Origin: a virus
Taxonomy: Duplodnaviria > Caudoviricetes
Strand: one strand, 5' to 3'
Length of the DNA stretch: 64,000 bases
Virus record (IMG/VR): IMGVR_UViG_3300048503_000021
Span: 32,254-96,253 of that record
A model generated the notes under the pieces. That model was not told the origin of the DNA and made no database searches. It was given only the letters and a program-made list of their open reading frames with translations. Position numbers and translations under genes: made by a program. Of the stretch, positions 1 to 9,773 are shown one piece after another; position 1 is the first letter of the stretch; every line of letters begins with the position of its first letter.

Positions 1-252
1 CTATACACGGCTGGAGCGGCTTACACAGCTTCCACGTCTGCTAAGGCTATCCTTGCTGGCGCTGTTACAATCACTCTTCCGGCAGCGACCACTTGGCCTG
101 CTGGGCAAGAGGTTGCTATCAGAAGTCTCACGTCCTCCACGACGGTTACTCCGGTTTCTGGGAACGTCAACGGTGTGGCTTCCCTTACCCTGACTGCGGG
201 CCAATATGCTCGTTTGATTGGGGATGGGACTGCATACTGGCAGATTGGTTAA
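1..252 (+). CDS. 3' part of a phage virion/fibre-type protein (truncated by window edge)
   Basis: Frame +1 is open from base 1 to TAA at 250-252 (…VTITLPAATTW…NVNGVASLTL…LIGDGTAYWQIG), a motif typical of phage structural proteins. Not in the ORF track. Confidence 0.7.
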   Translation, partial: LYTAGAAYTASTSAKAILAGAVTITLPAATTWPAGQEVAIRSLTSSTTVTPVSGNVNGVASLTLTAGQYARLIGDGTAYWQIG

Positions 253-269
253 GAATGGAGTAGGCCTCC

Positions 270-635
270 ATGCCTGTCAACACACTAAACTACTGGGCCG
301 CAACGCTGACGGTGCCTACCGTTGCGACGAGCTTGTGGACCCTCGCCACTACCTACTTTGCGGCTAATCGCTCCACTGACTCCATTGACCAATCGGCTAC
401 GGTCATGTTCATGACTGGGGAAGTGGGCAATGGGGCTACGGTCATCTACGTTGGGGACAAGACTCTTAACGTCACGGCTACACCACCTGTCGGCGTAGGT
501 TTAGAACTTACTGCGGGTGCATCGGCGTGGAGCGGGCAGAGCATGTCTGGCGGGATGACAACCGATCTCAATAACTTCTTTGTTCAAGCGGCTACTACCG
601 TTACGCCGTATCTATGCGTCCTTGTCATGAAGTGA
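270..635 (+). CDS. hypothetical virion protein
   Basis: GGAG RBS, 121 aa, Thr/Ala-rich, located in the structural module. Confidence 0.7.
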   Translation: MPVNTLNYWAATLTVPTVATSLWTLATTYFAANRSTDSIDQSATVMFMTGEVGNGATVIYVGDKTLNVTATPPVGVGLELTAGASAWSGQSMSGGMTTDLNNFFVQAATTVTPYLCVLVMK

Positions 636-661
636 CAGGGCGCAGAAAGGAGGGACTTTCA

Positions 662-712
662 ATGGCGCGTCACAAGAAGGGCCGGAAGAAGGTTCGGAAG
701 GAAGTTCGGTAG
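662..712 (+). CDS. 16-aa highly basic peptide MARHKKGRKKVRKEVR
   Basis: Strong AAAGGAGG RBS upstream of ATG 662, TAG at 710-712, followed by a terminator-like hairpin. Confidence 0.55.
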   Translation: MARHKKGRKKVRKEVR

Positions 713-736
713 GGCAAGGGCCGGTTTACTGGCTTG

Positions 737-774
737 AGGGGCGGAGGGCGATTGCCCCTGCCCCTTTCGTCTTT
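737..774 (+). terminator. putative intrinsic terminator
   Basis: GC-rich hairpin (aggggc…gggc gatt gccc…gcccct) followed by a T-rich tail. Confidence 0.5.
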
Positions 775-779
775 GAGGA

Positions 780-793
780 GTCTCGATCCAGAC
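780..793 (+). promoter_or_regulatory. GTCTNNATCCAGAC motif, site 1
   Basis: GTCTCGATCCAGAC, 14 nt upstream of ATG 808. Confidence 0.7.
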
Positions 794-807
794 AAGGTAG
801 TCTTATT

Positions 808-3504
808 ATGCGAACAGCAATTTTGTTTCTCTTAACGGCGCTGGGCTGTCTGGCGCAAGGCACCAGACCTGCGTCAGTTCGGCCCCCATGCTCCGCGACC
901 GTCACGACGAATTGCACGCCGCAAGTGTCCGGAGCGGGAGCGTATGTCCCATACGTCGTGGGCGGCAGTGGTGCCAACCCACTCGGGTTGTTCGTTGTCG
1001 CCGGTGCCGCCAACGCGCCCGCCAATGCCGTGAATCTGGGACTGCTCTCCACGGGGCTGTTGAAGATTGTCGTGGCCGGCCAAATTGCCAGCTTCACGAA
1101 CCCTTCCATCTCGGATCTGTTGTCACTCGGGAGCTGGCCGTGGGCTTCGCTGTCGGGAGTGCCAGCGAGCTTCACGCCCGCGCTGCATGCCGCGACGCAT
1201 GGCAACGCGGGCAGCGATCGCGTTACGTTGGATTACAGCCAAATCACCTCCGGCGCGCCGACGATCCCCGCGGCCTACTCCTCGAGCCCGGCCATGGACG
1301 GCAGCGCGTCAGCCGGGTCCAGCGGCAACTTCGCCCGCGGCGACCATGTGCACCCCAGCGACACCAGCCGCGCACCCACGGCCAGCCCGACGTTCACAGG
1401 TACGGTAACAACGCCGATCACGGGCGGCGGCGTCCAGTGCACTCACGTCAACAATGCGGGTGTCCTCACCGGTACTGGGTCTGACTGCGGCACTGGCGGC
1501 GGCGGGGCCAACTCAGCCGGCTACTATCTGGTCAGCCAGGCGAGCAATGAACCCGCCAACGCCGTCAACCTTGGCCTCCTGACTACGGGCCTGCTCAAGA
1601 CGACCGTCGCGGGCAGCGTGGCGAGCTTCAGCACGGCCACCGCCGGCACGGACTACATGGGCGCGTTCTCGTGGCCCGCGAACGGCTCCATCGTCAAAAT
1701 GGTCAGCGGCGCACCCACGGCAGCCGTGGCGGGCACGGACTACGTCACCCCTTCGGGTAGCATCACCGGCAACGCGGGCACGGCCACGGCCCTTGCCGCG
1801 CTTCCTACGGCCTGCTCGGCGGGGAACTATCCACTGGGCATCCTGGCGAATGGCAACGCTACGGGCTGTACGGCGGCCAACAGCGGGACAGTCACGCATT
1901 CAGCAGGGGCGCTGACGAACACTTACGTACTGGTCGGCAACGGCGGGGCGGACGCGAGCGTGTCGGCGGCCTATGTGGATGGGTCGAACATTCTCAACAA
2001 TCCAGCCGGGTTCAAGAGCGGCGGAGCGGGGAGCGGATCTGTACAACTCGGCGGCGCCACTTCGGGGGCGGTGACAGTCACGGCACAGGCCGCTGCGGGG
2101 ACGTGGACACTCACACTTCCCAACACGCCAGGAACCAATGGGTATGCACTGACGACGGACGGGAGCGGCAATGCGGCATGGGCGGCGATCCCTACGACCC
2201 TACCGCCGAATGGAACGGCGGGCGGCGATCTTGGTGGCACCTATCCTAATCCAAGTGTTTCGCAAATTGGCGGGGCGGTCTTGCCGGCGGCAGGGTCTAT
2301 CACCAAGACCAACAGTAGCGGCCAACTTGTCGCGGCGACGGCGGGGACCGATTACGTACTCCCCGCGGGCAGCATCACGGGTAATGCGTCGACGGCGACG
2401 GCGTTGGCATCCACGCCGACCACCTGTGCGGCCGGCAACTATCCGCTGGGGATCACTGCGAATGGCAACGTAACGGGCTGCACGGCGGCAACGGGTGGAG
2501 GCGGCACGATCACGGGCCCTGGCTCCGCGACATCGGGCTATGTGCCTCTGTGGGGCACGTACCCGGCGCTGACGTTGGGCCTGCCAGTCACGCAATCGAA
2601 CGGCGCGAACTCGATTGTCGAGACGGGCGCGGGCGGCACTATCGCGGCGGCGGCGATCCCGACGCTCAACCAGAACACGACCGGATCGTCGGGCAGCGTG
2701 TTGAATGCCCTCACCCTCAACAACGGCGGCGCGGGCGCGGCCTCGGGTTCGACGTTCAATGGATCGGCGGCAATCACGCTCTCGTACAACACTCTCGGGG
2801 CAGCTCCGCTCGCCTCTCCGACCTTCACGGGGACTGTGACGATTCCCAGCGGCGCGTCCCTCGGCACGCCGACGACCCTCAATGTCTCGAATGCGACCGG
2901 CTTGACGGCCTCGCAAGTGCCCGCCGCGCTCTCCTCTACCACCTCGGTCAATGGCACGAGCATCCCAGCATCTTCCGCGCTGATGACTACCGGCACCACG
3001 CTCGCATCGGGACAGATGCCCACCTTCACGGGGGACGTCACGAACAGCGGTCTGGCTATGACCGTTGGCAAGGTGAACGGGGCAGCAGTCCCAACCAGCA
3101 AGAACTTTCTGGGCTCGAACGGCTCCGGCCAACTCGTCCAAACGACGAACGCGCGCGCCTTCGGCTACAGTTTCAACTCTTCGTCTGCGCTGACGACCGG
3201 CCTGACGGCCTACGGGAATGTCCCCTTCGCCTGCACCATCAGCGCATGGACGATCAGCCTCTCGCCGGCCGACACCGCGACCGTGGACGTGTGGAAGGTG
3301 GCGACGGGTTCGGCAGTGCCGACCGTCTCTAACACCATCACCGCTTCGGCCGTCCCGGCCATCACCACCGGCACCTCGGTGCACTCGTCCACCCTGACCG
3401 GCTGGACGACTTCCGTGTCGGCCAACGATCTGTTCGCCGTCAACATCAAGGCGATTGGCGGAACGGCAACCTTCGTGAATTTGACAGTGGAGTGTGACCA
3501 ATGA
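808..3504 (+). CDS. long Gly/Thr/Ala-rich tail-fibre-like protein with N-terminal signal peptide
   Basis: 898 aa with internal repeats (ANAVNLGLLxTGLLK x2, AGTDY x3, GSITGNA…C.AGNYPLGI.ANGN.TGC x2, ASPTFTGTVT x2). The ARGDHVHP motif is seen in phage fibres. N-terminus is MRTAILFLLTALGCLA-Q. Confidence 0.75.
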   Translation: MRTAILFLLTALGCLAQGTRPASVRPPCSATVTTNCTPQVSGAGAYVPYVVGGSGANPLGLFVVAGAANAPANAVNLGLLSTGLLKIVVAGQIASFTNPSISDLLSLGSWPWASLSGVPASFTPALHAATHGNAGSDRVTLDYSQITSGAPTIPAAYSSSPAMDGSASAGSSGNFARGDHVHPSDTSRAPTASPTFTGTVTTPITGGGVQCTHVNNAGVLTGTGSDCGTGGGGANSAGYYLVSQASNEPANAVNLGLLTTGLLKTTVAGSVASFSTATAGTDYMGAFSWPANGSIVKMVSGAPTAAVAGTDYVTPSGSITGNAGTATALAALPTACSAGNYPLGILANGNATGCTAANSGTVTHSAGALTNTYVLVGNGGADASVSAAYVDGSNILNNPAGFKSGGAGSGSVQLGGATSGAVTVTAQAAAGTWTLTLPNTPGTNGYALTTDGSGNAAWAAIPTTLPPNGTAGGDLGGTYPNPSVSQIGGAVLPAAGSITKTNSSGQLVAATAGTDYVLPAGSITGNASTATALASTPTTCAAGNYPLGITANGNVTGCTAATGGGGTITGPGSATSGYVPLWGTYPALTLGLPVTQSNGANSIVETGAGGTIAAAAIPTLNQNTTGSSGSVLNALTLNNGGAGAASGSTFNGSAAITLSYNTLGAAPLASPTFTGTVTIPSGASLGTPTTLNVSNATGLTASQVPAALSSTTSVNGTSIPASSALMTTGTTLASGQMPTFTGDVTNSGLAMTVGKVNGAAVPTSKNFLGSNGSGQLVQTTNARAFGYSFNSSSALTTGLTAYGNVPFACTISAWTISLSPADTATVDVWKVATGSAVPTVSNTITASAVPAITTGTSVHSSTLTGWTTSVSANDLFAVNIKAIGGTATFVNLTVECDQ

Positions 3505-4016
3505 AAAAACTGCTTTTCTCTCTGATCTTGTTCGCCGGGCTGGCGGTCGCGCAAAGCGGCTTCAGCCTGTCCGGCACATTGAGCGCGGACGCCGTGACGA
3601 ACCTCAACGCCTGGGCCACAACGCAGGTGCAGATGGCGGGCGCGGCCACGGCCACCGCGGCCATCGGGGCCGGGGATACCACCATCACAGTCGCCAACTG
3701 CACCAATGTGGCGGCGGGCGTGACTGTGCTGATCGACGCTGAGGCGGTCTCGACATCGACCTGTAGCGGCAATACCTTGACGGTGGCTGCCAGTGGGCGC
3801 GGCTACTTCGCCACGGCGGCGGCGGCGCACCTCAGCGGCGTGCAGATCGCAGTCTTGAAGTATGCCAGCCTGACGGCGGTGGGGAAGGCGGTGCTCCTCC
3901 AGGCGGTGCAGAACATCGCGCATCAGATGATGCTCGGGAACTACGCGACGTACAAGGCGCAAGCGGCCACCACGCAGACCAATCAGGCGGCGTCCGACGC
4001 GGTGCTGGTGCAGTAA
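3501..4016 (+). CDS. secreted-type hypothetical protein
   Basis: ATGA overlap with the upstream gene; signal peptide MKKLLFSLILFAGLAVA-Q. Confidence 0.75.
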   Translation: MKKLLFSLILFAGLAVAQSGFSLSGTLSADAVTNLNAWATTQVQMAGAATATAAIGAGDTTITVANCTNVAAGVTVLIDAEAVSTSTCSGNTLTVAASGRGYFATAAAAHLSGVQIAVLKYASLTAVGKAVLLQAVQNIAHQMMLGNYATYKAQAATTQTNQAASDAVLVQ

Positions 4017-4018
4017 CT

Positions 4019-5188
4019 ATGAGACGCCTTCTTCCTCTTCTCCTCCTTGCCCTCTCCGCTCCGGCGTGGGGCGCGTATACCTACAAAGCGACGATCACGC
4101 TGGCTCAGACAACGGGCAGTTCCGACCTGACCGATCGCACCAACATCGTCTATCTGAGCCACGCGTCCCTAAAGTTGGCAGGTAATGGCGGCCAGATCCA
4201 ACATACCGTCAGCCGCAGCGGCCAGACCGTTCCGGCAGACCTGATATTCACATCGGACTCCGGCGGATCTGTTGTGCTGAATTGGGGCATTGAGTCATAC
4301 GACGGCTCATCGACCGGCGGCGTCGTCTGGGCACACGTCAAGAAGACCACCTCGCACATCGGCACGACGGTCATCTATGCCTTCTGGGGCAACACGGCCA
4401 TCAGCGCATTCCAAGGCGGCGCGGTAGGGTCGGAGTTCGACTCCTCCACCATTCTCATGTCGCCGTTTCCGGGCATGACGGGAGGGTGTGCTGGCAACGT
4501 CACCTATCGCGACTTCACTTCTGCCGCGAATGATGGCACCTCGTCTTGTGACTACGGGTCGTCGAGTGGTGGCGTGGTGGGCGGTTACGCTTATGATTAT
4601 TCGGCGACGTCTTTCCCCGCTTCGTCTGCCTACAATGTTACGACGGGGACCATCGCACTGTGGGTGAACCCACATACGGGTGACTGCTCTGGCGGAAGCG
4701 CCGGGCTGACTATGTTCGCTGGCGTGGGAAGTGACTACTATCTATCCAACGGATTCCTGCTCGGGTGCTCTCCGCTTAACGGCTACATAGCGGCAATGGC
4801 GGGATCTGGCGGGACCAATCCCATCTTCATGGGAACCTCTGTCGTGCCAGAGAATGCCTGGCATCATGTAGCCATGACGTTCACGAACGGTGGGACGAGT
4901 ACGTTTTATTTTGACGGCGCGAGCGCGGGCACGTTCACGCCGACCATTGGCTCTCCGGGTACGTCGGCCTTCAAAGTGGACGGCAATTTTTCTGTTGTCT
5001 CTGCCGGAAATGGAGGGTACGACAATATGTATTTCACGAACAATCTGCGTTCTGCCGATTGGATCGCCGCTGAGTATAACAACGGCCATGCGCCTTCCAC
5101 TTTTGCCGCCGTCTCGGGGCTGGCGCCGTGCTCCGGTAGTTGCGGCGGTGGCGGGGGGGCACCGGTTAGTATGACGCCGATTTTTTGA
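4019..5188 (+). CDS. DUF2341-like plus LamG/concanavalin-A lectin domain protein with signal peptide
   Basis: N-terminal DLIFT…WGIESYD…WAHV…IYAFWGN (DUF2341-like); TIALWVN…WHHVAMT…FYFDG and SADWIAAEYNN (LamG-like). Confidence 0.75.
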   Translation: MRRLLPLLLLALSAPAWGAYTYKATITLAQTTGSSDLTDRTNIVYLSHASLKLAGNGGQIQHTVSRSGQTVPADLIFTSDSGGSVVLNWGIESYDGSSTGGVVWAHVKKTTSHIGTTVIYAFWGNTAISAFQGGAVGSEFDSSTILMSPFPGMTGGCAGNVTYRDFTSAANDGTSSCDYGSSSGGVVGGYAYDYSATSFPASSAYNVTTGTIALWVNPHTGDCSGGSAGLTMFAGVGSDYYLSNGFLLGCSPLNGYIAAMAGSGGTNPIFMGTSVVPENAWHHVAMTFTNGGTSTFYFDGASAGTFTPTIGSPGTSAFKVDGNFSVVSAGNGGYDNMYFTNNLRSADWIAAEYNNGHAPSTFAAVSGLAPCSGSCGGGGGAPVSMTPIF

Positions 5189-5280
5189 GGATTTGAATGT
5201 GTGCCTGAGAAGTGAAGAAAGGAAGGAGTTCGAGAAGTGATAACGAATCTGAAAATAATGGGGTTCTTGGCACTGACCAT

Positions 5281-5538
5281 ATGACTCAAGCCCAGACTCT
5301 CGCCCTGGTGCGCCTCCGGCTCGATACCGTCAGGCCGCACGCGGTGCGGCGGGGACGCGGGCGCTGGGACGTGGAGCTGCCGCGGCTCAAGACCTACCGC
5401 CTCCAGGCGACGCCGCAGGAGCTGGCGCTCGCGCGCTGGTTCGGTTGCGGCATCGGGCCGCGGCCATCGCCGGAGAGTTCGCTCACGCTTTGGGACCGGG
5501 CGGCGCACGCGGACTATTTCGAGAAGGAGACAGAATGA
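5281..5538 (+). CDS. hypothetical protein
   Basis: ORF coupled to the next gene; start could be GTG 5212. Confidence 0.5.
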   Translation: MTQAQTLALVRLRLDTVRPHAVRRGRGRWDVELPRLKTYRLQATPQELALARWFGCGIGPRPSPESSLTLWDRAAHADYFEKETE

Positions 5539-5792
5539 CGCGATGCAGTTTTCTGCTTGGCCTGCTCCCGATTGCCGCGTTGGCGCAAACCGCGCCGGCC
5601 GCTCCGGTGAATGGCCAGTGCCCCGTGTGTAAAACGCAGGCGCCGCCCTACACGACCGCCCAGCGGCTCGCGGCAGGGTATTGCACCAGCACGGACGGCG
5701 GACTTACGGTGGGCCTCTGCGAGTCTGCAAGTAGGGTCACCCGCTGCCTCGCCTGCAATGCCGCCTTCTGGCAGGACGTAGCGACATCGTGA
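5535..5792 (+). CDS. small Cys-rich protein with signal peptide
   Basis: AAGGAG RBS, MTRCSFLLGLLPIAALA-Q, CPVC…CLAC. Confidence 0.65.
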   Translation: MTRCSFLLGLLPIAALAQTAPAAPVNGQCPVCKTQAPPYTTAQRLAAGYCTSTDGGLTVGLCESASRVTRCLACNAAFWQDVATS

Positions 5793-5799
5793 GCCTCCC

Positions 5800-6036
5800 A
5801 TGCCAGTCTCTGCCACCAGCACTCTCGTTCGAGCCTACATGGGAGACGCACGCGCCATTGAGACGGTGTTTCGGCAGGCGCTGGGCCAACTCCGGCGCTA
5901 CGACGGCTCTGGGCGCTGCTTTGCCTCGAAGGAGGAACGATTCACGTGGCGGGTCAGGCACGATCCCGACTGGACTGGTCCAGACCCTCAACCGGGGAAT
6001 TGGTGGAGTAGAATTAACCAGATCGCCTTAGGGTAA
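5800..6036 (+). CDS. hypothetical protein
   Basis: 78-aa ORF fitting the operon. Confidence 0.45.
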   Translation: MPVSATSTLVRAYMGDARAIETVFRQALGQLRRYDGSGRCFASKEERFTWRVRHDPDWTGPDPQPGNWWSRINQIALG

Positions 6037-6090
6037 ACTGAAGGCGAAAAATGCTTTGCTGTGGGGCTCGATTCCAAATAAAGAGAGAGT

Positions 6091-7260
6091 ATGGCCCAAT
6101 TTACAGAGACCCTACAGTCGATGCAGAACCGCGTGTGCAAGCAGCGCATCGGCCTGGACCGGACTCTGGCCGTAGACTTCCTTAACGAGAGGTTGCGGCA
6201 AATACTCGACCGTAAGCCGGATTGGTCTAGTCTACTGAAGCGTAACCTTCTATCCATCCCGCAGGCATACTCTATTGGGACGATTGCGGTTACAACTGGG
6301 TCTACGCTCGTCGCGGGAACAGGCACAAATTGGCCTGTAGATGACGCAGTTAATACCCACATCCAGGAGCCACTACGGGCAGCTAGAACCGTTTGGGTCA
6401 CTCCCGACAGCACTGTCGGCATCACGCCCAGCAGCCTGCTCTACGTGGACTCCGCAGGCCCTTACCCTGAGACTGTAGCCGTGTTGGACATGATGGCAGG
6501 GCGCATCCTGTGCGCCTTTCAATTCCCGCACGAGGCGAACTTCACAGCGACAGCAAGCTCTCTCGTCAATCTTCAGTTGCGTGTCAATTCAATTAACCCA
6601 ATTTTCACCGTGCAGGCGGTAACGAGCCCCACGAGTCTGTATCTAGACAATCCGTGGGGACAGGTTGGCGCTGCGGGGATGGCCTATCAGATTTTGCTAG
6701 CCTATACGCCTTTTGCGGGGGACGTGAAAGAACTGGTTGTCGTTGTGGATAATTTCCAGCAAATCGCGCTCCGGTTGCAGGTATCTCAGGAAGAACTCAA
6801 CCTGTACGACCCGAACCGAACGGCGACTGATTCTCCCAACTGTATTGCCAATTTGGGGCCGAACCTCAACGGCCAGCAAATGTACGAGATTTATCCTCCA
6901 CCGTCAATCCCGTACCAGCTTTCTTACCTTTACCATGCCCGTTGGAAGGGGATGAGGCTCCCAGACGATACTCCTCCTGCGGGAATCAACCCCAATGCCC
7001 TCATATATGGGGCTCTGGCAGATGCCTTTGCTACGCCTTGCCCTCGCCCTCCAGACATGAAGGATGCGTTCTTCAGCCTGGAAACGGCGAATATGTACCA
7101 ATCTCGGTTCGAGCAGGCCGTCATCGAACTTATGACTTCCGAAGAGAGCACATACCAGAAGGCCTTTACTTGGAATTTCGCTCAAACTTGGGGAGGAATG
7201 GGAATGGGTGCGAACTGGGAGCAATCGCACTCGTGGGAAGCGGCGGCTGGAGATTACTAA
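6091..7260 (+). CDS. head-tail adaptor / tail tubular A-like protein with inserted beta-domains
   Basis: Helical N-terminus (…FLNERLRQI…DWS), YEIYPPP…YLY…ALIYGALA C-terminal motif, GTIAVTTGSTLVAGTGTNW insert. Confidence 0.6.
   Translation: MAQFTETLQSMQNRVCKQRIGLDRTLAVDFLNERLRQILDRKPDWSSLLKRNLLSIPQAYSIGTIAVTTGSTLVAGTGTNWPVDDAVNTHIQEPLRAARTVWVTPDSTVGITPSSLLYVDSAGPYPETVAVLDMMAGRILCAFQFPHEANFTATASSLVNLQLRVNSINPIFTVQAVTSPTSLYLDNPWGQVGAAGMAYQILLAYTPFAGDVKELVVVVDNFQQIALRLQVSQEELNLYDPNRTATDSPNCIANLGPNLNGQQMYEIYPPPSIPYQLSYLYHARWKGMRLPDDTPPAGINPNALIYGALADAFATPCPRPPDMKDAFFSLETANMYQSRFEQAVIELMTSEESTYQKAFTWNFAQTWGGMGMGANWEQSHSWEAAAGDY
6635..6648 (+). promoter_or_regulatory. GTCTNNATCCAGAC motif, site 2 (1 mismatch, intragenic)
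   Basis: GTCTGTATCTAGAC. Confidence 0.5.
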
Positions 7261-7261
7261 T

Positions 7262-9748
7262 ATGAAACACTTTCCTTTCCCTGTCTTGATTGCTTTCTCT
7301 CTCTTCACGGCGAAAGCTCAGACCATCCCCCAGCCTCTCCAAGTGGTTAGGGTCTACAACGTCACAAGCGCCTCTCAGGTGTTCGACAACCGCTCTACGG
7401 CGGCTATGGGCTGCAACTACTTCAGTTACTACGTGAACAGCAACGTAGGGGCCTATACGATCCAGTTGGAGTACAGCGACGTGAGCAGGACTGGGCCGTG
7501 GACGCCATTCCCCACAAGCCAGATCACCAACACGTCCTTTGTCCCAATTGGCGTCGGCAACGGGTATCACAATTGGGTGCGCCTCAACACGCTTTCAGGT
7601 AGCACGTCTTCAACGCTCTCCTGCTCCAAGGACTACTTCATCACCTCTTCGGCTTCCTCTATCAGCGCCATAGCGGACCCTGGCCTAAACTGCATTCCCT
7701 ACCGCAGCGGGGCAGGAGAGGCGCGATGCGTGGTTGTCTCTGACATTGCAAACCTCTTTGGGTCGCTGGCCGAACACTATGTTTACGCTGCTCCAGAAAA
7801 TGCGAACGGTTTGCCTTCTTTCCGTCAAATGTATGCCGACGACATCAGCTTTACACAAACAGGGGCAGGGGCCGTCGCTAGTACGGTAGACGCCAAGCTC
7901 AGAGAAACAATTAGCGTTAAGGACTTCGGGGCCAAAGGAGATGGCGTGACCGACGATACCGCGGCTATCCAGGCGGCGCTGACGGCGGCTGGCACTAGTT
8001 GTGGGCTGGTTTACTTCCCTCACGGCACGTACATGATGAGCGTGACGGCGGGCAGTCTCACGGGCACGGTGATTCCGAGCTGCGTGGAAATGGCGGGCGA
8101 ATCCAACACCGGGGCGGTCATCAAGCTCAAGAGCGCGGCATTCAATGGCGAATGGTTCAGCTCTAACGGGACGCATAACATCACCATCCGCGATCTGACG
8201 TTCGACGGGGCGAACGCGCCGATTAACAGCGGCTATGGCACGGTAACGACAAACGGAACGGCGGTCACTCTCGTAACGGGCACCCCGTTCTATACAGACG
8301 GGACGTGGGCGGGGCTGCCGTTCGTCATCAACTACGTTTACTATACAATCGCCTCCGTGACAGACAGCTCTCACCTGGTGCTCACCGCGACCGCTGGGGT
8401 GCAATCCTCCGCCGTCACATACTTCAGCGTGGGGCTCTTTTACCAAGTGATCGGAATGGTCAATGCCTCCTACGTCACGATCAGGGACTGCCGATTCGTC
8501 AACGTCTTTCCCACGCTGGTGGTCGCCTTCTACGGCGGGGCCGGATTTATCACCCTGGACCACAACTACATCGAGACCACGGCGGCCAGCGGGAACCAGA
8601 ACGAAGGGTTCAACATCAGCACCGGCGGCCCTTACGCGATGAACGGAGTACGTGTCACAAATAACACCCTCGTCCATACCGGTATGGACATCAACACCTA
8701 CGGGGCGCATGTGGAGGGCAACGACATCAGCGGGTGGGGATATGGCGCTGGGATCACCACAGAAGAAAGCGCCCTGTGCGGGTACAACCTAATCTCCAGA
8801 AACATGCTCGTTAGCTCGACCGGGATCGACACTAATGCAACCCGTCCCAACGCGATTGAGGACTGGGCGTCTTACGATAGGATCACCGAGAACTTCGTAA
8901 GCGGAATGTCGGGAGACGGCATCGATGCGGGCGGCCCCAATACCCTGATCGCCAACAACATAACAATCGACAACGGCTCTAGCGCTCCGGGAGCAGGGTG
9001 CGGTATATCGGCGCGCTACGGGAATGACACGTACCAGTGCAGCTACTGCACCTTCACTGGGAACGTGTCCCTTGATACAAATTCCAACCTAGCTCTGGGG
9101 ACTCAAGGTTACGGATTCTGCATCCAGGCCAGCCCTAGCGGCACGCTTCCGACTCATGTCTTTGTCACGCCGGACAACAACTTCAACCACAATATGGAGA
9201 ACCCGACGAATACGGTATTAGCCCAAGGTACGGTGACTACCAACCACAACATAATCACCTGGGCTTCCGGCTCGCCGTTTGTAACAAGTGGCCCATGGTT
9301 TAACGGGATGACAATTGTCATAAATAATGTGGCCTACTCCATCGGCAACGTAGGCTCCGCCACGGCGCTGGCCGTGAATGAAGACAGCGGGGTCCAGGCC
9401 ACCGCCGTACCCTACTACGTGCCGGCATTCGATCAGACCAAGGCCGTCTGGGCGCTTTCCCAGGGCGTCCCTCCTTCGTTCCCCTACTGCGTCGCCTGGA
9501 CCCCCGGTACAATCGCCGCCGGTGCCACGGCATCTGTCCAGGAGACTGTCCCCGGAGCGCAAATGGGGTCCACGATTGCGCCACCCAGTTTCTCCCTGAA
9601 CGCGGGCGGCGTGCTGTTCTACGGGTACGTATACACCCCCAATGCCATCACCTTCGTGGCCTACAATCTCTCCGGTGCGTCGCAGACCTTGGCCGCCGGA
9701 CAGATTTGCACGACCGTGACCATGCCTCTCGGCTATAGCAACTACTAG
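7262..9748 (+). CDS. tail spike-like protein, pectate-lyase/right-handed beta-helix, with signal peptide
   Basis: KLRETISVKDFGAKGDGVTDDTAAIQAA…VYFPHGTY motif followed by beta-helix repeats; ATG 7262 gives MKHFPFPVLIAFSLFTAKA-Q. Confidence 0.85.
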   Translation: MKHFPFPVLIAFSLFTAKAQTIPQPLQVVRVYNVTSASQVFDNRSTAAMGCNYFSYYVNSNVGAYTIQLEYSDVSRTGPWTPFPTSQITNTSFVPIGVGNGYHNWVRLNTLSGSTSSTLSCSKDYFITSSASSISAIADPGLNCIPYRSGAGEARCVVVSDIANLFGSLAEHYVYAAPENANGLPSFRQMYADDISFTQTGAGAVASTVDAKLRETISVKDFGAKGDGVTDDTAAIQAALTAAGTSCGLVYFPHGTYMMSVTAGSLTGTVIPSCVEMAGESNTGAVIKLKSAAFNGEWFSSNGTHNITIRDLTFDGANAPINSGYGTVTTNGTAVTLVTGTPFYTDGTWAGLPFVINYVYYTIASVTDSSHLVLTATAGVQSSAVTYFSVGLFYQVIGMVNASYVTIRDCRFVNVFPTLVVAFYGGAGFITLDHNYIETTAASGNQNEGFNISTGGPYAMNGVRVTNNTLVHTGMDINTYGAHVEGNDISGWGYGAGITTEESALCGYNLISRNMLVSSTGIDTNATRPNAIEDWASYDRITENFVSGMSGDGIDAGGPNTLIANNITIDNGSSAPGAGCGISARYGNDTYQCSYCTFTGNVSLDTNSNLALGTQGYGFCIQASPSGTLPTHVFVTPDNNFNHNMENPTNTVLAQGTVTTNHNIITWASGSPFVTSGPWFNGMTIVINNVAYSIGNVGSATALAVNEDSGVQATAVPYYVPAFDQTKAVWALSQGVPPSFPYCVAWTPGTIAAGATASVQETVPGAQMGSTIAPPSFSLNAGGVLFYGYVYTPNAITFVAYNLSGASQTLAAGQICTTVTMPLGYSNY

Positions 9749-9773
9749 GAGCGCCAAAGGATAGAATACCTAA

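Noticed and set aside
2200-3501. 433-aa - strand ORF and other overlapping ORFs in the 0.8-5 kb block
   Set aside because: Arg-rich shadow frames of GC-rich coding DNA.
808-9748. Diversity-generating retroelement acting on fibre genes
   Set aside because: No reverse transcriptase in the window; the repeats differ at synonymous positions rather than specifically at adenines.
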